64,000 nucleotides of DNA from the NCBI GenBank assembly GCA_963755915.1, contig CAVWLP010000002.1:4096001-4160000 (forward strand), given 5' to 3'. Both the position numbers and the translations under genes were made by a program. The first letter of the stretch is position 1; each line of letters opens with the position of its first letter. Below are positions 11,759 through 22,549 of the stretch, in pieces. The notes below the pieces were generated by a model. That model did no database searches and was not told the origin of the DNA. It was given only the letters and a program-made list of their open reading frames with translations. The stretch comes from an uncultured Phycisphaerales bacterium. GTDB taxonomy: Bacteria > Planctomycetota > Phycisphaerae > Tepidisphaerales > Tepidisphaeraceae.

Positions 11759-13204
11759 TCACCGCGCCCTCAGCGACTCATCGTTCAGCGGGGCAACATA
11801 TCCCTCATCCCCCCCAAGTTTCTTCCAGTCGAGATACACAAGATAAAGCAGCACCATCCCCAGCCCCGAAAACCCCGCCAGCCATGCAAAAATCGCCACG
11901 TTCCCAAAATGATCCGTCGCCAACCCCAATACCGGCGTCAGCAGCATCTGTCCAAAATGAAACACCAGCGCCGATGCCGCGCTGAACTGCGCCAAATGCG
12001 TCACCGGCAGCAATCGCGGCCCCAGCGCCGTCGTCGCCCCCTGGTAAACCGCGATGGCCGCGAAGATCAGCACAATCCAAACTTCAAAGCTCCGCGGACT
12101 ATGGATGAACGCAAACCCGCACACCGCCCCCGCGACCACCAGCAAATAACCCATCAGCCCCGCCCGCAGCGGATGCAACCGGTCCACCAGCGGCCCGAGG
12201 CACAAATAAATCCCCAGTTGCACCCCGCTCTGAATCGCCATGATCCGCCCGTAGCTCCCAAGATCCAGCTTGATCTCTTTCCCGTAAAAAATCAGATACG
12301 TGCTGAACGCCGCGTACCCCACATTGAAGCACAGCAGGCTCAGATAATACTTCCAGTAAAACGCGTGCGAAAAACACTCCCGGAAAAACCGCCTCCCGTA
12401 TTCCACAAACCGCTCAATTCGATCCCCCTCGGCCGCGCGTGGCGGTGGGGGGTATCGCCCTTCCTTCACTTTCACGCACAGCGCCGCGAACGAAACCATG
12501 TAAAGCCCCGCCGCCCCAACACAGATCGCCGCCGGGTGATCCTCGCAATACTTCAGCAGATACTCGTTGAACACCAGCACCCCCAGCGTCGAAAACACCC
12601 GAAAAAGACACGTAAACGTGCCCATCACTTCCGCCGGAATAACATCCGCCCACATCGGGTAGTAAACCGATTGCGGAAAAATATCGCAGAATTTGTACCC
12701 CGCATAAGTCACCGTCAGCAGCGCAATCGTAAGCCCCGCCACTGAAATTCCCCCCAAAAGATGCGGTGAAATCGCCTTCAGCCGCAGCGCCATCGACGGC
12801 GAAAGCCCCACCAGCATCAGAAAACCCGCCAGCACCGGCGTCGCGTACAGCATGAACGGAATTCGCCGCCCCAGCCGCGACCGGTGCCGGTCCGACCACG
12901 TTGAAACGATCGGACACAGAACCACGATCAGCAATTCCACCAGGCTTACGTTGAGCACCCCAATCAACGCATTCGACGCCCCGAATTTTTTCAGTTGCAG
13001 CAGGATCAGGCTCTTCCCCACCCCCGCATCCATGAGGTAAAGACAAAAATCCCCCCAGAGCATCCACGTAAAAACATTGATCAGCCCCCGCCGGTCATAA
13101 ACCAGCGTCCCCACCCGCCACACCCGCCACACCCGCCACACCCGCGCGCCTCCCGCATCGACGCTCAAATCGTTGGATGGCGGCAACCCACTGCTCAACG
13201 GCAA
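11759..13204 (-). CDS. MFS transporter (sugar-related, GPH-like)
   Basis: About 12 hydrophobic segments and the motif SDRHRSRLGRRIPF. Start codon uncertain. Confidence 0.85.
   Translation of the reverse strand: MPLSSGLPPSNDLSVDAGGARVWRVWRVWRVGTLVYDRRGLINVFTWMLWGDFCLYLMDAGVGKSLILLQLKKFGASNALIGVLNVSLVELLIVVLCPIVSTWSDRHRSRLGRRIPFMLYATPVLAGFLMLVGLSPSMALRLKAISPHLLGGISVAGLTIALLTVTYAGYKFCDIFPQSVYYPMWADVIPAEVMGTFTCLFRVFSTLGVLVFNEYLLKYCEDHPAAICVGAAGLYMVSFAALCVKVKEGRYPPPPRAAEGDRIERFVEYGRRFFRECFSHAFYWKYYLSLLCFNVGYAAFSTYLIFYGKEIKLDLGSYGRIMAIQSGVQLGIYLCLGPLVDRLHPLRAGLMGYLLVVAGAVCGFAFIHSPRSFEVWIVLIFAAIAVYQGATTALGPRLLPVTHLAQFSAASALVFHFGQMLLTPVLGLATDHFGNVAIFAWLAGFSGLGMVLLYLVYLDWKKLGGDEGYVAPLNDESLRAR
13112..13145. 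repeat. In-frame 9-bp tandem repeat (CACCCGCCA x3.8)
   Basis: Encodes RVWRVWRVWRV at the MFS N-terminus. Confidence 0.9.
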
Positions 13205-13336
13205 TTCCTCGTCATCGCTCAGAATCTTCCGCGTTTGCCACGCATCTCCACCATGTTTTCACGAAAACTCGCGAAGTTTTGATAATGAGCTTGCGCGCCC
13301 CGAAATGCAAGAAATCCACCGAGAATCGCAATTCCC

Positions 13337-13372
13337 GTAGAAGCGGCGTCCCCGCCGCTTGAGAATTCGCAA
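13337..13372 (+). repeat. GTAG-type REP-like repeat, class B copy 1
   Basis: GTAG followed by AAGCGGCG-TCCC-CGCCGCTT. 34/36 identical to 16010-16045. Confidence 0.85.
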
Positions 13373-13422
13373 ACACCCCGGACAGACCCTCTCTGTCCCT
13401 TTAAATTCCCCCACAACCTCAA

Positions 13423-15967
13423 TCATCTCTGCCAAAGAATCTGCGACGCTTCAATCGGAACCGAAACACCACCAAATTGTGGCACAATCCGCGGCGTGTA
13501 ATCATTCAGCGCTCGATTCGACGCCACCTTCCCCCCATAAACATAGCTGTTCACATTCCCCGCCAGCGGCCGAACCCGCGTCATCTCCTGCCGAACATCC
13601 GCCCCCCCATTCACACCGTTAGCATATATTTCAACCCGCACGGCATTGCCGTCCAATCCACCAAGATAAACCTCCGCCTCAAATGCATAACTTTCGCTGT
13701 TGCTGACGACCTTCACTTCCCCAAACCGCAATGTCCCCCATTTCTCGCGAATCAATCGCTGCCAATCCGCAATCAATTTTCCCTTGGCCCCTTTCTCTCC
13801 CGCCCGAGCGCGAAACGCCGTCGCCCCCGGAAGATAATGTTGCAGCGTATATTCCCGCACCGCCCGATTCGCCGAGAATTGCGGCGTCAGCCGTGCCATG
13901 CTCTCTCGAATTTTCCCAACCCACGCAACCGGAATTCCATTCGCATCGCGCTCATAAAATTGCGGCACCACCTGCCGCTCCAGCAAATCGTAAATCGCCC
14001 CCGCTTCAGCCGCATCCCACCAAGGATCATCTCCATGCTCCTGCCCATCCCCCAGCGCCCACCCAACTTCCGGCGAATACGCCTCCACCCACCATCCATC
14101 CAGTTCCGACAAATTCAGCCCGCCATTGACGAGCACTTTCATCCCGCTCGTCCCACTCGCTTCCCAGGGCCGCCTCGGCGTATTGATCCAAACATCCACC
14201 CCCTGCACCAAATGCTCCGCAAGCTGCATGTCATAGTCGCTCAGGAAAACCACGTGCGGCTGCACTTCCGCCCGGCGCAAACTGAACCCATTCCCAAACC
14301 ATCGCCTGGCCCCCTCCATCGCTCGGATGCGCCTTGCCCGCAACCACAAGCTGCACCGGCCGCTGCGAATTCGACACCAGCCGAAACAGCCGATCGACAT
14401 CGTGCAGCAAAAGCATCGGGCGTTTATACGCCGCGAATCGCCGCGCAAACCCCAGCGTCAGCGCATCGGGATTAAACACGTGTTTCGCACGCTCGATCGC
14501 CTCCGCCGAAGCCCCCGAAACCGCCAAATCGCGCGGCAACCGCTGCCGAACGTACTCCACCAACCCCCGCCGCGCCGCAACGCGCATTTTCCAAAGTTCA
14601 CCATTGGGAATCCGTTGAATCGCCTGCGTCAAGCTTTCTGTCTCCGCCGTCCACCGATCCTTGCCCGCCGCCTTCGTCCAAAGATCATCCGCCTCCGCCG
14701 AATCCCAGGTCGGCGTATGCACGCCATTCGTCACATGCCGAACCGGCACCTCATCCACCGGCCACCGCGGAAACAGCGTCGCAAAAATCCGCCGGCTGAC
14801 CTCCCCATGCAGCCGGCTCACCCCATTCACCGCTCCGCTCCCCCGCAGCGCCAAGTACGCCATATTGAAATATTCCGAAGAATCATTCGGATTTGCCCGC
14901 CCCAATGCCAGCAGCTCATTCAACGAAATGTGCAGCCTCTCCTTCGCATACCACCCAAGATACTTCTCGATGAGCCCTGGACTGAACCGATCGAATCCCG
15001 CCGCCACCGGCGTGTGCGTCGTAAACAAATTCCCCGCCCGCGTCACCGCCAGCGCCACATCGAACGGCTGCCCCGTCTCTTCCATAAAATTTCGCGCCCG
15101 CTCCAGCACCGCGAACGCCGCATGACCCTCATTGAGATGGCAAACCTCCGGCTGAATCCCCAGCGCCCGAAGCAGCCGCCACCCCCCAATCCCCAGCACC
15201 AGTTCCTGATTGATCCGCAATTCCGAGTCGCCGCCATACAGCTCATTGGTAATCCCACGATAAATCGGAAAATTCGCCGCGTCGTTCGAATCCAACAGGT
15301 AAAGGTTCACCCGTCCCACCCTAACCTGCCACACGCGCAGCCAGAGCGAATACCCCGGCAACTTCACTTCCAGTCGCAGCCACTCTCCATTCGGCTGCCG
15401 CAGCGGCGTAATCGGCAATTGACCCGGATCGTTGTACGGCAAAAGCGTCTGCTGCGATCCACCGGCATCGATCGCCTGCCGAAAATATCCCTGCTGATAC
15501 AGCAGCCCAACGCCCACAACCGGCACCCCCAGATCGCCCGCCGCCTTGAGCTGATCCCCCGCCACATTCCCCAGCCCACCCGAATAAATCGGCAGCGCTT
15601 CGCTCAGCATGAATTCCATGCTGAAATACGCCACGCAGCTTAACGCTCCCTTTGCATTCTGCTTCCCGAACCAGCTCGGCGCCTCCGCCGCCACCCGCCT
15701 GGCTTTCCGTATCTCTTCCACCCGAGCCCGGTAAGCCGGATCCTTCAGCGCCCCCTCCAGGCGATCTCGCGCAACGGTTTGCAGCACCACGCAGGGATTA
15801 CGCGTCAAATCCCAAAGCACCGGATCAAGCTGACTCCACAAGGTGTCCGAAGCATGATTCCACGAAGAACGCATATCCAGCGCCAGCTCCGCAAGTAAGT
15901 CGAATCCCTCCACTCCCGCGGCCTGAGACGTATAGATGGAACTTGCGATAGGATTTTGACTATTCAT
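13423..15967 (-). CDS. glgP: Alpha-glucan (glycogen/starch) phosphorylase (frameshift near 14280)
   Basis: Motifs AYFSMEF, YSGGLG, HLNEGH, FARRFAAYKR, AGKAHP and EASGTSGMK. Confidence 0.93.
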
Positions 15968-16009
15968 CTTAGATTGATGAGCGTTGACCACGGACAACAA
16001 TCAGCCCGA

Positions 16010-16067
16010 GTAGAAGCGGCGTCCCCGCCGCTTCAGTATTCGCAAGCCCCGAGAACACCGCCTCCAC
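16010..16067 (+). repeat. GTAG-type REP-like repeat, class B copy 2, with a degenerate inverted mate (REPIN-like)
   Basis: 16010-16045 matches 13337-13372. 16051-16067 (GAGAACACCGCCTCCAC) matches the reverse complement of the first 17 nt at 12/17. Confidence 0.8.
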
Positions 16068-16077
16068 ACCAGAACGA

Positions 16078-17169
16078 TTATCTCACCAGCGTCAGCACCC
16101 CCGGCAGCCACGGAAGTTGGTTGTAGGTAAGCCCCGCCGCATGCGGCCCCAGACCCTGGTAGAGAAACTGCAAATTAGACAGGTCGACGGTCTGCGTTTC
16201 ATCAGGATTGGTCCGAACCAGATCGCCACTGCTGATGTCGCTAGTCCACGCGTTGCCGTCGCCGAAGCTCACATTCGCCTTGCCCGCGAACGGATTGCTC
16301 TCGCTCGCCGCCAGCGGCCTCCACGATCCCGCCAGATCCGTCGCAGTAAACGATCGAAAATACCTCCCCGCGCGCCCCATCGCCTCAACCAGCATGAGGT
16401 ACTGATTCACCCCCTTCACCTTATACACCTGCACCGCCTCAAGCAGCTTCGCCCTGTCGTCGGTCATGATCGTCTTCGGGTTGGTAAATGTCCCCGGGAA
16501 ATCGCCGATCGGCATCGACGCCCGGTAAATATTTCCATTGTCGTTCGCGAAAAAGAGAAAGGCCGTCGTGCCGTTGCAGATGACCGTTTCGTCGATTGAG
16601 CTTCCCCCGTAAAGCTCGTGCGGCCCCGACCACCCCAACGGGTTGGTCGGGTCCGTCGAAGTCATGTAACAGAAAGGCCACGGACCCCACTCGTACATAA
16701 GAACCCAGATCTTCTTCGGGGTGAAATAGATCAACGTCGGTGCAACGCCGCCTGTAGGGATCGAATACTGTTTGGCTGTCGCCATCTCAGACCAATTCGC
16801 GAAGGTCATCATCGCCCCGCCATAGCTCGTCCCAGCATTATTGACCCTCGACATGTAGACAATGTACCGATTGTTATAGAACACGCAGCTAAAGTCCTTG
16901 AGCGAGACCCACCCGGAGGCCGGCTGAGCGAGCGGGCCCGTCGAAGTCCATTTGAAGTTCCTGGGCAGCACCGACCCCGACGAATTCAACGTCGCGTCCG
17001 CCCCGACACTGGGCTGAGTGCCCGCGGCAACGGCATCCCCCGCGAAACAACCGGACAATGTCCAGTAAATTGCCGAAAAACAAACAACCGAAGCAGTCGC
17101 AAAAACGCCTCTCTCCCACAATTTTGCAACAGAATTCTGTCGATCTGATTTAAGGGCCATCCATTTCAT
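16078..17169 (-). CDS. Alpha-L-arabinofuranosidase, GH62
   Basis: Motifs [48 protein letters not shown] and [12 protein letters not shown]. Confidence 0.9.
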   Translation of the reverse strand: MKWMALKSDRQNSVAKLWERGVFATASVVCFSAIYWTLSGCFAGDAVAAGTQPSVGADATLNSSGSVLPRNFKWTSTGPLAQPASGWVSLKDFSCVFYNNRYIVYMSRVNNAGTSYGGAMMTFANWSEMATAKQYSIPTGGVAPTLIYFTPKKIWVLMYEWGPWPFCYMTSTDPTNPLGWSGPHELYGGSSIDETVICNGTTAFLFFANDNGNIYRASMPIGDFPGTFTNPKTIMTDDRAKLLEAVQVYKVKGVNQYLMLVEAMGRAGRYFRSFTATDLAGSWRPLAASESNPFAGKANVSFGDGNAWTSDISSGDLVRTNPDETQTVDLSNLQFLYQGLGPHAAGLTYNQLPWLPGVLTLVR

Positions 17170-17217
17170 TTGACATTTCCCATCGGTTTCGCGCCACGAT
17201 CCGCGTGAGCATTGTTC

Positions 17218-17835
17218 TCAATTGCCAACCTCACTGTCCCGGCGGAGGGGGAGGCTGCGGGCGCCCGCATCGTAGGCACTGCTCATGTCCTCGAGCGAAG
17301 CATATTTCCCGTCCGCAATATCTTTCGCGAATTTCTCATCGTATTCACCCACCTGCTTTTCATACCCGATCGTTTTGTCGATCGGATCGTGGGCATGAAG
17401 CCGGATCAGGTCGTACCGCCATTGACCGTCAATCCGCCGGCAGGGGAAGTTCCCGTCGTCGCCGATGTCCGCGCTGTCGCCGTGAATCATGACCTTCCCT
17501 TGGCGGGCCATCTGGACAAGAAACGCATTGGCATCAGCGTCAAGCTTTGCCTTCGCGGGCGCGCCAAAACGGGCGATGGCCGCGTTGACGAAATCCTTGT
17601 GGACGCGATCGGCCGAAAAGCAGGCGTCCAGCAGCCGCCCCGTGGCATCGTCCACCACCGCCGCCGCGCGGGCCGTCTGCTCGTCGTTCGCGCTGGACGC
17701 TTGCAGAAACGCAACCACCGCCGAAACCGGCGTCGAAAGATCAGGCTGCGTCGACGCACCCGCCGGCGCGTCGGAAGCCACCGACAATTGCGGCAAGACA
17801 AGCCATGTGAGAAGCAGGGGGATTGTCAGCCGCAA
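17218..17835 (-). CDS. Hypothetical secreted protein
   Basis: 205-aa ORF with a signal peptide followed by ASTQPDLSTP. Confidence 0.7.
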   Translation of the reverse strand: MRLTIPLLLTWLVLPQLSVASDAPAGASTQPDLSTPVSAVVAFLQASSANDEQTARAAAVVDDATGRLLDACFSADRVHKDFVNAAIARFGAPAKAKLDADANAFLVQMARQGKVMIHGDSADIGDDGNFPCRRIDGQWRYDLIRLHAHDPIDKTIGYEKQVGEYDEKFAKDIADGKYASLEDMSSAYDAGARSLPLRRDSEVGN

Positions 17836-18252
17836 AGTCAGAGCCTCCTCGCCTACGTCCTTCGAGTTTATCCCAGCCTTAAACGACGGCGGGATTGAAT
17901 TATTTCGCGAGCGAAAAGCTTACTCTGAATGCGCGGTGAAAGCGTGGGGCGTGTGGAGGAATTGAAATCCAGGCTCAGCGCCTCCGCGCGAAAATCTCTG
18001 GGTATTCATAGTTCTTCAATCGAAGTCACATACTGTCAAATTAGACGACGGACAATACCCCCAAATTACCCATCTTGCCCAGCTTGTTGCGGACTGTTAC
18101 CTTTTGTACCGTGAGTGCCGAAAACCAAAACGCAATGTGGATCAGCATACACAATTTCCACCTTGGCCAATTCTCACCGGCAGGTTCCAATTGCCAGATC
18201 AGAATGGCGCTCGAGAGTGATTTGAGATATTCACATCAGGAATTGGGCTGAC

Positions 18253-20145
18253 GTGCCCGACCCCTCCCCCCGCACATCGATTGTAAATCTCCTCCTCGGC
18301 CGCCCCCTCGCTTCCGACGAAAAAGAGCGCGTAAAAATCGGCGTCTGGGCCGCCATTCCCGCCATGGGCCTCGACGGCCTCTCCTCTTCCGCCTACGGCC
18401 CCGAAGCCGCCCTCGCCATTCTCCTCCCCGCTGGCGCCGCCGGGCTCAATCTAATCGGCCCCATCACCCTCGTCATCCTCGCCCTCCTGACGATACTCTA
18501 CTTCAGCTATCGTCAGACCATCGCCGCCTATCCCGTCAACGGCGGCTCCTACACCGTCGCCAAAGAAAACCTCGGCGCGTGGCCCGGCCTCCTCGCCGCT
18601 TCGGCTCTCATGATCGATTACATCCTCACCGTCGCCGTCGGAATCTCCGCCGGCGTCGGCGCCCTCGTCTCAGCCGCCCCCAGTCTCGAACGCTTTACCG
18701 TCCCCCTCTGCCTGGGAATTCTCGCCGCAATCACCCTCCTCAACCTGCGCGGAACCGGCGAGGCCGGTTTGGTGTTTGCCCTCCCCACTTACACCTTCAT
18801 CCTCACCATGGCCATCGTCCTGGTGCTGGGCGTCGCCCGCGCGATCACCACCGGCGGTCATCCGCACCCACTGATCACCCCGCCCCCAATCGCCCCCGCC
18901 ACCGCCGGCATCGGCTTGTGGCTCATCCTGCGCACCTTCGCCAGCGGCTGCACCGCAATGACCGGCGTCGAAGCCGTAAGCAACGGCGTAAGCGCCTTCC
19001 GCGATCCCACCGTCAAGAACGCTCACCGAACCCTCACCGCCATCGTCGGAACCCTCGCCCTCCTCCTCGCCGCCATCGCCTACCTCGTGAAGGCCTACCA
19101 CATCGACGCCATGGACCAGACCACCCCCGGATATCAGAGCGTCCTGTCGCAACTTACCTGCGCAATCGTCGGCCGCGGATGGTTCTACTACCTCACCATC
19201 GGCAGCGTCCTGGCAATCCTCTGCCTCTCCGCCAACACCAGCTTCGTCGATTTCCCGCGCCTCAGCCGCCTCATCGCCGACGATGATTTCCTCCCCGCGC
19301 CTTCGCGATGGAGGGCCGCCGGCTCGTCTATTCCGTCGGAATTCTATTCCTCGCCGCAGCTGCGGGTGTCTTGCTCGTCGCCTTCAAAGGGATCACCGAC
19401 AAACTGATCCCTCTCTATGCCGTCGGGGCATTCCTCGCCTTCACGCTTTCCCAGGCGGGGATGGTCATGCACTGGCATAAAAAAGGTGGCGGAGGGCGCA
19501 TCTGGGTGAATGGCCTCGGCGCCATCGCCACCGGTGCCGCGCTGGCGATCATCTTAACCGCCAAGTTTATCGAAGGCGCATGGATCACCGTGCTGGCAAT
19601 TCCCACCATGCTCTTTGTGTTTTACCGCATCCATCGCCACTACCGAAAAATCGATGCCGACACCCGAAAAAGGCAGCCGATGCACATCGACGACAATCCA
19701 CGCCCCGTCGTCCTCGTCCCGATGCGCAGGTGGGACCGGCTCGCGGAAAAAGCCCTGCGATTCTCCATGTGGCTCTCAAGCGACGTCATTGCCGTTCACC
19801 TCAGCAATCTCAGCGGCGACGAAGCGAAAGAGGAAGACCAGCTTGTCAGGGCCGAGTGGGCAAAGGATGTGGAAGCCCCCGCAAAAGCGCACGGCGTAAA
19901 GCCGCCAGAGCTTCTAGTGCTCCAGGCGCCCTACCGCAGCTTTCTCGATCCGCTTCTGAAGGAGATCGATACTTTCAAAGCCAAATATCCCGATCGGTAC
20001 GTGGCCGTGGTTGTCCCGGAGGTGATGGAGACGCAATGGTGGGAGCTGCTTCTGCATGGTCACAAGGCGACCCATCTGCGCCGCTCTGGCGACGCGCTCC
20101 GACAAACGGGTGCTCGTGGTCACGGTACCGTGGTATGTGGAATGA
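18253..20145 (+). CDS. APC-family permease, YdaO/KimA-like (frameshifts near 19295 and 20080)
   Basis: Motifs LDGLSSSAYGPE, SYRQTIAAYP-NGGSY, FASGCTAMTGVEAVSNGV and LIPLYAVGAF. The corrected C-terminus ends RVLVVTVPWYVE* at 20145. Confidence 0.85.
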
Positions 20146-20401
20146 CGAACATTTCGGCACAAGTCGATGGCTGGGCTCGCTCGCTGCCAAACATGGCCGC
20201 TGGCAACAATTTGCCCCCAAATTTCGCCGCAAATCTGCGCAAGGGCAAATAATCACCGCGATCCCCGCAAACGCCCGCTCTCTTTGCAGGCACGCGAAAC
20301 ATGAACAGATGCAATCCCATTCACTTGAAACTTTGGTCATAAAGTGCGCCCGAGGCAAACCGAAACGCCGAGCAGGATTCGCCGTTATCAACGCCTGGAA
20401 C

Positions 20402-22534
20402 ATGGGATTACCCTCCGACACATCCGCGGAAATTTCCTGCGACGCCCGCAGCGCCGAAGCGATGTATCGCGGCATGTTCGAAAACGCTACCGTGGGGATC
20501 TTTCAAACCACCGCCTCCGGCCACTACCTCAACTGCAACGCCGCCCTCGCCCTCATTTACGGATATGCCTCGGCCCAGGAACTGAAAGAAAGCGTGCGCG
20601 ACATCAAGCGGCAGCTTTACGTCGAAGACGAAACCCGTCCAAGATTCATCCGCCTGATGAGCGAAAATGATTTCGTGCGCGAATTCGAAGCGCGAATCTA
20701 CCGCAAGGATGGAAGCATCATCTGGATCACCGAAACCGCCCGGGCCGTTCGCGACGCCCAGGGCCGTTTTCTCTATTACGAGGGGTTCGTCGCCGACATC
20801 ACCGCCCGCAAGCAGACCGAGGAGGCCCTCCGCGATAGCGAAGAGCGCTATGCCCTGGCCATGCGCGGTGCCAGCGACGGAATCTGGGATTGGAATCTTC
20901 GCACCGGACAGATTTATTTTTCCGCACGATGGAAGGAAATGCTCGGCGCCCGCGATCCAGAAATCGGCTCGCTCCCGCAGGAATGGTTCCAGCGCGTCCA
21001 CCCGGACGATCTCGAGAGCGTGCAGGCCGCGATTTCATCTCACCGCGAGGGAATTACGCCGCACTTCCAGATCGAACATCGCATGTGCCACGCCGATGGC
21101 AGATACCTCTGGATGCTCACCCGCGGCGCCGTCACTCGTGACTCCGCCGGCAAGGCAACCCGAATGGCCGGCTCGCAGTCGGACATCACCACCCGCAAGC
21201 AGGCCGAAGAGCAGCTTCTTCGCGACGCCCTTCACGATGGGCTGACTGGATTGCCGAATCGGGTTCTCTTCGCCGACCGCCTGGAGCGCTCGATCGCCCG
21301 AACCGCCCGCGATCAGAGCCACCATTATGCCGTCCTCTTTCTCGACATCGACCGCTTCAAGATCATCAACGACAGCCTCGGTCACGTGGCCGGAGATACG
21401 CTGCTCGTGGAATTCGCCAAGCGGCTCTCTAATTGTCTTCGCCCCAGCGACACCGTTGCCCGCCTCGGGGGCGACGAGTTCACGATTTTGCTCGACGATC
21501 CGAAGGAGCCGGATGACGCCGTCTCCGTCGCCGATCGAATTCTCGAAGGCGTTCGTAAACCGTTCGTCCTGGGCAATCAGGAAGTTTACGTCACCACCAG
21601 CATCGGCATCGCCACCAGCGGCACCGGATACTCGCGCCCGCAGGACGTCCTGCGCGACGCCGACACCGCCATGTATCGCGCCAAGGCCCTGGGCAAATCA
21701 CGCTACCAGATTTTCGACACCGCCATGCACGCCCGGGCCATGAAGGTCTTGCAGATCGAGAACGATCTCCGCCGCGCCATCGACCGCGCGGAATTCGAGC
21801 TCCACTACCAGCCGATCCTCAATGTCGGCACCCGGCGAATCAAGGGCTTCGAGGCTCTCGTTCGCTGGAATCATCCCCATCGCGGACTGATCCCCCCGGC
21901 AGATTTCATTCCCATCGCCGAGGAAACCGGCCTGATTATCCCCATCGGCCGATGGGTCCTCAACCAAGCCTGCACCCAGGCCGCCGCCTGGCAAGCCATG
22001 TTTCCCGCATCGCCCCTCGATATCAGCGTCAATCTCTCCGGCCGCCAATTCTCGCAGGCCGATCTCGTCGAACAGGTCATCGCCGTTCTTCGCCAGACTA
22101 AATTGCCCGCCCACAACCTGATCCTCGAGATCACCGAAAGCGTCGTGATGGAAAATCCCGAATCCACAATCCTGATGCTCGAGCGCCTCAAGGCCCTTGG
22201 CGTCCAGCTCAACATAGACGATTTCGGCACCGGCTACTCCTCCCTCGCCTACCTCCAGCGCTTTCCCGTCGACACCATGAAAATCGACCGCTCATTCATT
22301 TCCAAAATGGGACACAACTCCGAAAACGCCGAAATCGTCAAGACCATCGTAGAACTGGCCCACAACCTCAACATGAAGGTAACCGCCGAGGGAATCGAGA
22401 CCGCCGAGCAGTTCTCCCAATTGGCCGGCCTCCAGTGCGAAAGCGCACAGGGATATTTCCTCTTCCGCCCCCTCGATCAAACCGAGGCGACAAATATTCT
22501 CCGCCAATCGAGCGCCGGCGAAAAGGCCGCCTGA
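20402..22534 (+). CDS. PAS-PAS-GGDEF-EAL diguanylate cyclase/phosphodiesterase
   Basis: Two PAS/PAC domains, then HDGLTGLPNR, RLGGDEF, GFEALVRW and IDDFGTGYSSL. Confidence 0.93.
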   Translation: MGLPSDTSAEISCDARSAEAMYRGMFENATVGIFQTTASGHYLNCNAALALIYGYASAQELKESVRDIKRQLYVEDETRPRFIRLMSENDFVREFEARIYRKDGSIIWITETARAVRDAQGRFLYYEGFVADITARKQTEEALRDSEERYALAMRGASDGIWDWNLRTGQIYFSARWKEMLGARDPEIGSLPQEWFQRVHPDDLESVQAAISSHREGITPHFQIEHRMCHADGRYLWMLTRGAVTRDSAGKATRMAGSQSDITTRKQAEEQLLRDALHDGLTGLPNRVLFADRLERSIARTARDQSHHYAVLFLDIDRFKIINDSLGHVAGDTLLVEFAKRLSNCLRPSDTVARLGGDEFTILLDDPKEPDDAVSVADRILEGVRKPFVLGNQEVYVTTSIGIATSGTGYSRPQDVLRDADTAMYRAKALGKSRYQIFDTAMHARAMKVLQIENDLRRAIDRAEFELHYQPILNVGTRRIKGFEALVRWNHPHRGLIPPADFIPIAEETGLIIPIGRWVLNQACTQAAAWQAMFPASPLDISVNLSGRQFSQADLVEQVIAVLRQTKLPAHNLILEITESVVMENPESTILMLERLKALGVQLNIDDFGTGYSSLAYLQRFPVDTMKIDRSFISKMGHNSENAEIVKTIVELAHNLNMKVTAEGIETAEQFSQLAGLQCESAQGYFLFRPLDQTEATNILRQSSAGEKAA

Positions 22535-22549
22535 CTCGGCTGATACGCA

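Noticed and set aside
5276-16067. GTAG hairpin repeats as a CRISPR array or integron attC sites
   Set aside because: They occur as pairs kilobases apart with no spacer periodicity. There are no cas or integrase genes and no RYYYAAC/GTTRRRY ends.
17836-18252. c-di-AMP (ydaO) riboswitch upstream of the KimA-like permease
   Set aside because: I could not recognise the conserved riboswitch motifs by eye. An Rfam scan would settle it.
19580-20401. Long N-terminal extension of the 984-aa GGDEF-EAL ORF
   Set aside because: It overlaps the APC permease; part of it is that gene's frameshifted tail region. Domain-like sequence starts only near ATG 20402.
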